From assembly GCA_965223325.1 (NCBI GenBank), contig CBDCWI010000002.1, forward strand, positions 3,264,001-3,328,000: a stretch of 64,000 bases of DNA, given 5' to 3'. The notes beneath the pieces are model-generated. The model saw nothing but the letters and a program-made list of their open reading frames with translations. It searched no databases and was not told the DNA's origin. This DNA comes from Candidatus Multivoradales bacterium. GTDB taxonomy: Bacteria > Acidobacteriota > Thermoanaerobaculia > Multivoradales > Multivoraceae. Both the position numbers and the translations under genes were made by a program. Positions 56,484 to 64,000 of this stretch are shown here, piece by piece; positions within the stretch are counted from its first letter, which is position 1; every line of letters begins with the position of its first letter.

Positions 56484-58889
56484 TCAACACACCTCGAGGT
56501 TGGCATAGCCCGCAACCAGCTTCTTCTTTCCTCCGGACTTGAAGAAGACGGTCAAGCGGGCGTTGTCACCAGAGCCTTCCATGTCGAGCACCACCCCATC
56601 TCCGAGCGTCGCATGCCGCACTTTGCAGCCCTTGCGGAGCTCGCCGCGCATCGGGTCGTCGACGGCTGGTCGGCGATCCTTTCTTCCGAAGAACGAATAG
56701 ACGCCGTCGGTGCGGTGATTGCGGAACAGCTCGGGACTCTCGTGTTGTTCCAGGAGCTCCTCGGGGATCTCGCTCAGGAAGGGCGAGTCGAGTTGGTCCT
56801 GGTAGCGCCCGGCGACTCGCCGGCGCCGACAGGCGGTCAGCATCAGTCGCTCGCGCGCCCGCGTCATCCCGACATAGAGCAGGCGACGCTCTTCTTCGAT
56901 GTCGTCGGCAGAGTCCTGGGAGTTCCAATGCGGCAGGAGACCCTCTTCGAGACCGGCAACGATCACGACCGGAAACTCGAGCCCCTTGGCACTGTGGAGC
57001 GTCATCACGGAAACGCCGACTTCGGTGTCGAGACCATCCGTATCGCTCACCAACGACACGTAGTCGAGGAACCCGGTGAGCGGGTCGGTCTCGACAGGCA
57101 CCTCGAGAGAACCCACGTCGTCGAGCAAATCGGGTCCAGTTTCGCTCCTGGTCGGTGCCACGTTTGCAGTGCTCTCGGCACCTGGCGCCGACAAGATGAG
57201 ACGGCGCTGTGCGGCATCGACGGCGGGAGGTCCTGTCCCCGCGTCGTCGGCTTCGCAACCTTCGCCTTCAGCAGTCCCTGGGTCTTTGGTTGGTAGCTGG
57301 AGCGCCGGCTTGCCGGAGTGGCCAAAATCGTCGACGAAGTCAGATGCGGCGGAAAGCAACTCGCGAAGGTTTTCGACTCGCGCCGCTGCTTCCGGGTCGG
57401 CTTCGTTGAACTGCGAGAGGTATCCGGTGCGTTCGAGAACGGTCTCGAGAAGGTCGGGCAAGGGCAACTGCAGGCCGACCAGGCGCAGCTCCTCGATGAG
57501 CACGCGAAAGGCGCGCAGAGCACGGGTGCCGCGAGCACCGATGCCACCGAAGCGCTCGAGTCTGAGCGCGTCCCAGATCGACTGGCCAAGATCGTCGGCT
57601 TCGCGAAAGAGCGTCTCCTGGGTTGCCTTTCCGATCCCTCGCGTCGGGCGGTTGAGGATCCGGCGCAGGGCGGCGTTCTCCTGCGGGTTGCGCAAGACTC
57701 GCAGATAGGCAATGAGGTCCTTGACCTCGGCCCGCTCATAGAACCGCGTCCCCGCGATCAAGCAGTACGGAATCTGGCGGCGGATCAGCTCTTCTTCGAG
57801 AGACCGTGTCTGGGCATTGGTTCGGACCAGGATCGCCATGTCGCGGAAGCGGAACGTGCGGTGGAATTGCTCGAGGCTGTTGGCGATGTAGCGCGCTTCG
57901 TCGCCCTCGTCTGCGGCCCGGTAGAGATCGATCTTTTCGCCCGGGTCGCCGTCCGTCCAGAGCTTCTTGCCACGCCGCCGCTGGTTGTGGGCGACCAGCT
58001 CACTGGAACCGTCGAGAATGGTCTGCGTTGAGCGATAGTTCTGCTCGAGCTTGCGCACGATGGCACCCGGGAAGCTCTTTTCGAAGTCGAGAATGTTGTC
58101 GATTTCGGCCCCACGCCAGCGGTAGATGCTTTGATCTTCATCGCCTACGGCCGTGAGGTTGCCCTCCGACCCGCTGAGGGCATGAATGAGTGCCAGCTGG
58201 GCGTGGTTGGTGTCCTGGAACTCATCGACCATCAGAAAGCGCAGTCGACGGCGCATGCGCTGCCCGAGATCCTCCTCGTCCTCGAGTAAACGAACGGCGC
58301 CCGAGATCAGGTCGTCGAAGTCCACCCCGCGCTCTTTGCGCAACAGACCGCTGTAGCGCCGATAGACGGAGGCGATACGAGTCTCCAGAAAGCCGTCGGC
58401 TTCGGCTTCGAATTCCGAAGGCGTGAGCAGCTTGTTCTTGGCACTGCTGATCCTGGCGAGAACCATACGAGGAGGAAACGCCGTCTCAGACAGGTTCTCG
58501 GCCTTCAGGGCACGCTTGATCAGGTCGCGTTGATCGGCGGTGTCGAGGATCGTGAAGTCGCGCGGCAGGCCGATCCGTTCACCGTAGCGTCGCAGCAGCC
58601 GGAGCGCAAAGCGATGGAAGGTGCCGACAAAGAGCCCGTCGGCCGAGCCGCTCAAGTAGGCAACGCGTTCCTCCATCTCGCGCGCCGCCTTGTTGGTGAA
58701 GGTGACCGCGGCCACCCGCCAGGGCTCGACCTGCTGCTCGCGCACCAACCACGCCATGCGATAGGTAATGACCCTCGTCTTGCCTGAGCCGGCGCCGGCT
58801 AGGACGAGTTGTGGACCGTCACCATGAGTGACGGCGGCGACCTGGTCGGGATTCAGGGCGCTCTCGAGATCCAGAGGGGGCGCGGACAC
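56484..58889 (-). CDS. uvrD: UvrD/PcrA ATP-dependent DNA helicase
   Basis: AGAGSGKT, DEFQDTN, VGDEDQSIYRWRGA, QNYRS, TLHSAKGLEF, EERRLLYVGMTRA, C-terminal Tudor-like domain. Confidence 0.95.
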   Translation of the reverse strand: MSAPPLDLESALNPDQVAAVTHGDGPQLVLAGAGSGKTRVITYRMAWLVREQQVEPWRVAAVTFTNKAAREMEERVAYLSGSADGLFVGTFHRFALRLLRRYGERIGLPRDFTILDTADQRDLIKRALKAENLSETAFPPRMVLARISSAKNKLLTPSEFEAEADGFLETRIASVYRRYSGLLRKERGVDFDDLISGAVRLLEDEEDLGQRMRRRLRFLMVDEFQDTNHAQLALIHALSGSEGNLTAVGDEDQSIYRWRGAEIDNILDFEKSFPGAIVRKLEQNYRSTQTILDGSSELVAHNQRRRGKKLWTDGDPGEKIDLYRAADEGDEARYIANSLEQFHRTFRFRDMAILVRTNAQTRSLEEELIRRQIPYCLIAGTRFYERAEVKDLIAYLRVLRNPQENAALRRILNRPTRGIGKATQETLFREADDLGQSIWDALRLERFGGIGARGTRALRAFRVLIEELRLVGLQLPLPDLLETVLERTGYLSQFNEADPEAAARVENLRELLSAASDFVDDFGHSGKPALQLPTKDPGTAEGEGCEADDAGTGPPAVDAAQRRLILSAPGAESTANVAPTRSETGPDLLDDVGSLEVPVETDPLTGFLDYVSLVSDTDGLDTEVGVSVMTLHSAKGLEFPVVIVAGLEEGLLPHWNSQDSADDIEEERRLLYVGMTRARERLMLTACRRRRVAGRYQDQLDSPFLSEIPEELLEQHESPELFRNHRTDGVYSFFGRKDRRPAVDDPMRGELRKGCKVRHATLGDGVVLDMEGSGDNARLTVFFKSGGKKKLVAGYANLEVC

Positions 58890-58901
58890 GGCCGCGGCAG
58901 T

Positions 58902-59732
58902 TTATACCTCGCGACCGAGGCGGCGCTTGGCGCGCGCCGAGTCTCCACGCCATCCGCCGGTCTTGAGAAGCCGATAGATGAAGGAAGGGTTGTTGATCAG
59001 ATAGCGCGGGCCGAGACGGCGTGGTTCGGTGATCATTCGAAACAGCCACTCGAGTCCACAGCGTTGCATCCAACGCGGTGACTGCTTCTTCAGGCCAGCG
59101 TGAAAGTCGAACGCCGCACCGACACCGATCTGCACGGGCGCTCCGACCTTGGCGGTGTGCTCCGCCATCCAGCGCTCCTGCTTTGGCGTCGAAAGCCCGA
59201 CCCACACGATGTCGGCTCCGCTTTCGTCAATCCGTCGGATGACATCGGCGTCTTCTTCAGGGGTCAGCGGCCGGAAGGGTGGGCAGTAGGTCCCGGCAAC
59301 CTCGAGGCCAGGAAAGCGCTCACCGAGACGCTCGGCGAGCAGGTCTGCGACCCCTTCGGCGCCGCCGTAGAAGAAGTGACGCCAGCCGGTCTCGAGGGAT
59401 CGTTGACAGACCTCCAGCATCAGGTCGGGGCCATAGACTCGTTCGACATGACTGTGGCCTTGTTTGCGTGACAGCCACACCAGGGGCATGCCGTCAGGGG
59501 TGACCATGCCGGCACGGTTGTGGATCGACATCAACTTCGAGTCCTTCTGACTCTCCATGACGCCGTGCACACCCGTGACGCAGACGTAGTGATGCTCTTG
59601 GTTTTCGATCCACCCGGAAATCGTGTCCAATGCCATCGACATGTCGACGGCACTCACCCGCAGGCCGAGGACTAGGGCGGTCGGGTGCTTGCGCCACGTG
59701 AACGGCGGCGGGGTGCATTCGGCGAGTGCCAC
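58902..59732 (-). CDS. WecB/TagA/CpsF (GT26) glycosyltransferase
   Basis: TPDGMPLVW, RVYGPDL, VGLSTPKQE, GVGAAFDF, GLEWLFR...EPRRL; GTG 59732 with GAGG RBS. Confidence 0.93.
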   Translation of the reverse strand: MALAECTPPPFTWRKHPTALVLGLRVSAVDMSMALDTISGWIENQEHHYVCVTGVHGVMESQKDSKLMSIHNRAGMVTPDGMPLVWLSRKQGHSHVERVYGPDLMLEVCQRSLETGWRHFFYGGAEGVADLLAERLGERFPGLEVAGTYCPPFRPLTPEEDADVIRRIDESGADIVWVGLSTPKQERWMAEHTAKVGAPVQIGVGAAFDFHAGLKKQSPRWMQRCGLEWLFRMITEPRRLGPRYLINNPSFIYRLLKTGGWRGDSARAKRRLGREV

Positions 59733-59739
59733 GTCGACC

Positions 59740-60753
59740 TCAGCTGGCTTCCGCAAGGGCGGGCTCGCCCTTGCTCTTCTTGCTCTTCTGCTGGTTCTGC
59801 ACCTGCTCCTCGATCCACTCGTATGTGCGGCCGAGGCCGTCTTCGAGTGAGATCGAGGGCTCCCAGCCGAGCACCTCGCGCAGGCGGTCGTTGTTGCTGT
59901 TGCGACCTCGCACACCCTGCGGACCATCGATGTGCTTGCGCTCGACGGCAATGCCGGCGGCGTCGGCCACCATGTCGACCAGCTGGTTGATGCTGATCAG
60001 GCGGTCCTGGCCCAGGTTGAGCGGCTGGCCGTAGTCGGAATCCATCAACCGGACCAGACCTTCGACGCAGTCGTCGATGTAGCAGAAGGATCGCGTCTGC
60101 TCGCCATCACCCCAGATCTCGACCTCGTGCTTGCCGGTCAGCTTGGCAATCGCCACCTTGCGACACATGGCTGCCGGCGCTTTCTCGCGACCTCCCTCCC
60201 AGGTACCGAGCGGACCAAAGATGTTGTGGAAGCGCACCGTGCGCGTCTCGATCGGATATTCCTCGGCGTAGTGCATGCACAGGCGCTCGGTGACCAGCTT
60301 CTCCCAGCCGTAAGCGTCCTGCGGCTGCGCCGGGTAGGCGTCGTCTTCCGAGAGCGGCGTCACGTCTTCGGTTTCCTGGAGGTACTCCGGGTAGATGCAC
60401 GCCGAGGAGGTGTACAGGTAGCGCTTGACCCCGCTCGTGCGTGCGGCCTCGAGGGTGTTGGTACTGATCAGGATGTTGTTGTGGAGAATCTGCGAGTGGT
60501 GCTTGGAGATGAACCCCATGCCTCCCATATCGGCGGCGAGAGCGTAGACCTCGTCCATGTCGGCCGTCGCGGTGCGGCAGTTCTCGGGATCGCGAAGGTC
60601 GAGCAGCTGAAAATCATCGGCGTCGGTCTCGCCGAACTCGGGCAGCTTGATGTCAACGCCACGTACGTGGTGCCCGTCGTGCTTGAGACGGGTTACCAGA
60701 TGGTGGCCGATGAATCCGCCGGCTCCGGTGACGACAATGCGCTTCTTGGACAT
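59740..60753 (-). CDS. NAD-dependent epimerase, GDP-mannose 3,5-epimerase-like
   Basis: GAGGFIG, AADMGGMGFI, SSACIYP, YGWEK, GGREKAPAAMCRK, GVRGRNSNN. Confidence 0.9.
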   Translation of the reverse strand: MSKKRIVVTGAGGFIGHHLVTRLKHDGHHVRGVDIKLPEFGETDADDFQLLDLRDPENCRTATADMDEVYALAADMGGMGFISKHHSQILHNNILISTNTLEAARTSGVKRYLYTSSACIYPEYLQETEDVTPLSEDDAYPAQPQDAYGWEKLVTERLCMHYAEEYPIETRTVRFHNIFGPLGTWEGGREKAPAAMCRKVAIAKLTGKHEVEIWGDGEQTRSFCYIDDCVEGLVRLMDSDYGQPLNLGQDRLISINQLVDMVADAAGIAVERKHIDGPQGVRGRNSNNDRLREVLGWEPSISLEDGLGRTYEWIEEQVQNQQKSKKSKGEPALAEAS

Positions 60754-60973
60754 AGATGGGAACTCCAGGGTGTAGAGGGGCACGGGTGAACATTCGCTCG
60801 TCGAACAGAAGAAAGGGTGCAAACCCGGTACCACGAGATTTACAGCTTAATACCGGATTCTGACAAGGCTTTCGCTGTTTTTCAGTGCGCCGATCCGGCT
60901 CAGCCGTCGCGCTCCGATCACCGAACTGCCCCTGACGCAAGAGTGCGCAAGGAGTCTCCGGGGGTGCCGCCCT

Positions 60974-62149
60974 TTACTTCTTCTTGCCGGCCCGGCCCTC
61001 GAGGTTGCGCTGACGTGCTCGGCCTACCGCTAGAGCGTTGGCGGGAACGTCGCGGGTGATCGTCGAGCCGGCGCCAGTCGCCGCGCCGTCACCGAGCTCG
61101 ACCGGCGCAACCAGCATCGTGTCGCTCCCCACGAAAACGTCATTGCCGATCGTGGTGCGATGCTTGTCGACCCCATCGTAGTTGCAGGTGATCGTTCCTG
61201 CGCCGATGTTGACGCGTTCTCCGAGTTCGGCGTCGCCAAGGTAGGTGAGATGCGAAGCCTTGCTGCCGCGGCCGAGAGTCGCCTTCTTGACCTCGACGAA
61301 GTTGCCGACCTTGACTTCAGCCGCGAGCACCGTCTCGGGTCGAAGGCGCGCAAAGGGGCCGACGCTCGACCCTTCACCAACCTGCGCCCCCTCGAGAACC
61401 GAGTAGGGCAGAACGGTCACGTTCTGGGCGAGCCGGGAGTCGTTCAACCAGACACCCTGGTGCAGAACCGAGCCCGATCCAACTCTGGAGTCGCCAAGCA
61501 CCGCGACGTCGGCATGAAGGACAACGCCCGCCTCGATCCTCGCCGAGGCGTCGACCACCAATCGGCCGGGCGCACGTACGTCGACACCCGCCAGGACGAG
61601 AGCATCGACCAACCGTCTGGTCAACGCGGCACGCGCCCTGGTCAAGGCAACCGGTCCCGTCACCAAGAGGCCCGCCTCGTCGCCGTCTTCTGAGGCCACG
61701 GTGGCGACCCGGGCATCGACATCGTCGAACAAACTCGCCGCGACTTCACGCACCGGTGTGTCCGGAGCTTCGCGAAGCGAGGTCGCGAGACGGCTGGCAG
61801 ACAAGCCAACCACGCCGGCATCCACCGGTACGTCCGGGCGCCCGAGGACCGCGCGAGCCGCACCACTTTCGCCGCCCGCTCTCACGAGCTCGGTCAAGAG
61901 ACCGGACGGCAGGAGCGGGGCCTCGGCGGGAACAACGAGCGCTAACCCCCCTCGGGCGCTGAGCACACTCGCCAGTTCCAGGCGGGCGGCAGCGTCCTGA
62001 CCCTCGACGAGAACCTCGAGGCCCGCCGCCGTCGCGGTAGCCCTGACCCACTCGACCGACGAGCGGCCGCAAAGATCGGCAGCCTCGGCGAGCGCGGTGC
62101 TGGCACTCGACGCTGGCAGGGTGACGACCGCAACCGCCGACTCGCTCAC
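60974..62149 (-). CDS. glmU: GlmU homolog with intact acetyltransferase (LbH) domain and degenerate uridyltransferase domain
   Basis: [49 protein letters not shown] intact; N-terminal LAAGxGTRM motif absent. Confidence 0.85.
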   Translation of the reverse strand: MSESAVAVVTLPASSASTALAEAADLCGRSSVEWVRATATAAGLEVLVEGQDAAARLELASVLSARGGLALVVPAEAPLLPSGLLTELVRAGGESGAARAVLGRPDVPVDAGVVGLSASRLATSLREAPDTPVREVAASLFDDVDARVATVASEDGDEAGLLVTGPVALTRARAALTRRLVDALVLAGVDVRAPGRLVVDASARIEAGVVLHADVAVLGDSRVGSGSVLHQGVWLNDSRLAQNVTVLPYSVLEGAQVGEGSSVGPFARLRPETVLAAEVKVGNFVEVKKATLGRGSKASHLTYLGDAELGERVNIGAGTITCNYDGVDKHRTTIGNDVFVGSDTMLVAPVELGDGAATGAGSTITRDVPANALAVGRARQRNLEGRAGKKK

Positions 62150-62155
62150 TTCGGT

Positions 62156-62626
62156 CTATTCCTCTTCGTACATCGCCTGCCACTCGGGCAGCTCATGTAA
62201 CGCTTCGAAGTCGGCGTCGTGAAAGGCGCGGACACGGTTCTCTGGAGCGAGCTCGATCGCCTGACCGAGTTTCGACATCGCCGCGCTGTTCTCGCCGCGC
62301 AGTGCATGCACGATCGCTCCCAGGAAGGCGATGCGACCATCGGAATCGGTGAGATCACCACTGGTGAGGATTGTCATGGCGAGGTCGAGGTCACCGTCGT
62401 TCTTGGCCATCAACGCTTCCAGGTAGGGGTCGTCGAGTTTGACTTCCCCGGCCTCGTTGCGCTCGCAGACGTCGGCAAAGAGGCGAGCACGCGCGGTCAG
62501 ATCGTTGGTCTCGCTTTCGTTGATGACTCTCTCGAAGTGTTTCCGTGCTTCGGCCCACTTTCCGGCGTAAAGCGGGGTCAGGGCCTTCTCGAAGGTCTGG
62601 ATAGCAGGATCGTTGTATTCGGGCAT
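62156..62626 (-). CDS. Small TPR-like protein
   Basis: Helical repeats; C-terminal AIELAPENR..A..D.DF motif. Confidence 0.75.
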   Translation of the reverse strand: MPEYNDPAIQTFEKALTPLYAGKWAEARKHFERVINESETNDLTARARLFADVCERNEAGEVKLDDPYLEALMAKNDGDLDLAMTILTSGDLTDSDGRIAFLGAIVHALRGENSAAMSKLGQAIELAPENRVRAFHDADFEALHELPEWQAMYEEE

Positions 62627-62726
62627 CGCGAATGTCTCCGGATGGTGGTCGTGGCTAAGGCTTTGCCCACGAGCGACACGCCTTCTCTAGGCATGGATCG
62701 AAGGTTGGGGCGGCGAACCCCGAACT

Positions 62727-63311
62727 CTACTTCTTCTTGAGGTCGAGGAGAATCAGTTTGGCTACGGCCTTGAGGGTATCGAAGACCCCGTCTCCTCGCA
62801 CGGCAACGGCCTCGAATGTAGGCTCGCGCTTGAAGTTGAGCGCCCTGTACATGTCGGCGGTCGGCACGACATTGGGAATGTCGCGTTTGTTGAACTGCAG
62901 GGCATAGGGAACCGTCGCCAGGTCCAGGCCGTGCTCTCTCAGGTTCTCCTCGAGATTGCGGATGGACTCGACGTTCGCCTCCATGCGCTCCTCCTGGCTG
63001 TCGGCAACGAACACGACGCCATCCACGCCTTTGAGAATGAGCTTGCGGCTCGCGTCGTAGAAGACCTGCCCGGGTACCGTGTAGAGGTGAAAACGGGTGG
63101 TGAATCCACGCACCGTCCCCAGGTCCAGGGGCAAGAAGTCGAAGAACAGGGTGCGGTCAGCCTCGGTAGCCAGCGAGATCATCTTGCCCTTCTGGTCCGG
63201 CGCCGTCTTGCCATAGATGTACTGCAGGTTGGTCGTCTTACCGCACAAGCCTGGCCCGTAGTAGACGATCTTGCAGTTGATCTCTTTTGCAGCGTAGTTG
63301 ATGAAGGTCAT
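62727..63311 (-). CDS. mglA: MglA small GTPase
   Basis: [41 protein letters not shown]. Confidence 0.96.
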   Translation of the reverse strand: MTFINYAAKEINCKIVYYGPGLCGKTTNLQYIYGKTAPDQKGKMISLATEADRTLFFDFLPLDLGTVRGFTTRFHLYTVPGQVFYDASRKLILKGVDGVVFVADSQEERMEANVESIRNLEENLREHGLDLATVPYALQFNKRDIPNVVPTADMYRALNFKREPTFEAVAVRGDGVFDTLKAVAKLILLDLKKK

Positions 63312-63533
63312 GTCAAAACCGTTGTGGAAGATGCCGCTCGCTCAGAGCGAGGCATGAGGCGGGGGTGCGCTGGGCGGGAGCTGGATGTCAGCGTGGGAAA
63401 GATGGCTGGGCTTCGAGGCAGGTTGCACGGAGAGCGCTGGGGATCCTGCCGCACGAAGCGCGGGGGTGGGGAGGAGTGAGGGTCGTCGTTCTGGGGTGTT
63501 CTCTTGCGATCGCCACCGTTCTATCCACTGGTG

Positions 63534-63998
63534 CTAGCCACTGAACAGGGCGTCGATATCCTCGTCGGTGATCTCGGAGAAGGGGCTGGTGGGGACATCG
63601 TGATGGGCGCGGTCGTTGGCCTGAGAACCGATCACCCCGAAGAGATCGGCCATCGCGCCGCTGGCTCGCTTGACGCGCAGTCGCACCAGACCCAGCGACG
63701 AGCGGTCGTCGAAGATCACCAGCAGAATGGCCCGGTCGGCGACGATGGAGATGTGGATGTGGTCTTGCTTGCCCTCATGAAAGAGCACCGAGAACTCACG
63801 CTCACCAATCAGCTTCGCCAGGCCGTCGGTCGCCGCCACATTGCCTGCGGTGAGGGTTGCGAGCGACGTGGTGTCGAACTGCTCGACCTCACCTGAGGCG
63901 GCGATCTGCTGGCCGTTCTTGTCGATCAGGAAAACGGCACGCGAGTTCGAGTCGCTCTGCAGGCGACGAAGAAGCTGCTCGAGCTTCTCGAACTCCTC
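63534..63998 (-). CDS. mglB: MglB roadblock/LC7 GAP (5' end outside the window)
   Basis: FLIDKNGQ, DTTSLATLTAGNVAATDGLAKLIGE.EF, SSLGLVRLRVK, EITDEDID.LF; frame open to the window edge. Confidence 0.95.
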   Translation of the reverse strand, partial: EEFEKLEQLLRRLQSDSNSRAVFLIDKNGQQIAASGEVEQFDTTSLATLTAGNVAATDGLAKLIGEREFSVLFHEGKQDHIHISIVADRAILLVIFDDRSSLGLVRLRVKRASGAMADLFGVIGSQANDRAHHDVPTSPFSEITDEDIDALFSG

Positions 63999-64000
63999 TT

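Noticed and set aside
60974-62149. glmU as a pseudogene or frameshift artefact
   Set aside because: The frame is continuous, N-domain remnants are in frame, and the acetyltransferase motifs are fully conserved.
1-64000. Selenoproteins or tRNA-Sec implied by selA
   Set aside because: I saw no gene interrupted by an in-frame TGA at a catalytic Cys position and no UCA-anticodon tRNA. This was checked by eye only.
1-64000. CRISPR arrays, integrases, transposases, prophage or defence systems
   Set aside because: No regularly spaced repeats or recognisable motifs; nearly all of the sequence is accounted for by housekeeping, envelope and pilus genes.

Overview
GC-rich, densely coding bacterial chromosomal window. 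Gene content (MXAN_5187-like protein, mglBA, GspG-like pilin tail, DUF4388, fused MFS/spermidine synthase) suggests Acidobacteriota, possibly Thermoanaerobaculia-like; this is inferred, not verified. The first ~12.4 kb is a type IV pilus locus: pilin 3' end, pilD, a PilS-like kinase, sigma54-driven pilV/W/X/fimU-like genes interleaved with three uncharacterised exported proteins that share an unnamed ~45-aa domain, and a convergent selA-PilR-like-GT4 operon. The remainder is mostly housekeeping and envelope genes: tldD/pmbA, pccB, purE, rpiB, accD-folC, yebC-ruvC, exbB-exbD-exbD-tonB-DUF4388-TPR, ftsEX, gatB, pgeF, rlmN, amgK-like, tatA, SLT, LysM/TsaP-like, cpoB, bamD, rpe, rseP, cdsA, truA, glycosyltransferases, uvrD, wecG-type, GME-like, glmU and mglAB. 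I saw no CRISPR array, rRNA, convincing tRNA or mobile element. Best leads: (i) a minor-pilin operon with no pilY1 in the window but with repeated-domain/Ig-like proteins; (ii) tandem sigma54 promoters bracketing a structured ~260-nt segment upstream of pilV; (iii) a GlmU whose uridyltransferase domain has decayed while the acetyltransferase is intact; (iv) a Myxococcus-like polarity/motor toolkit. All calls come from motif recognition by eye; no database search was run.
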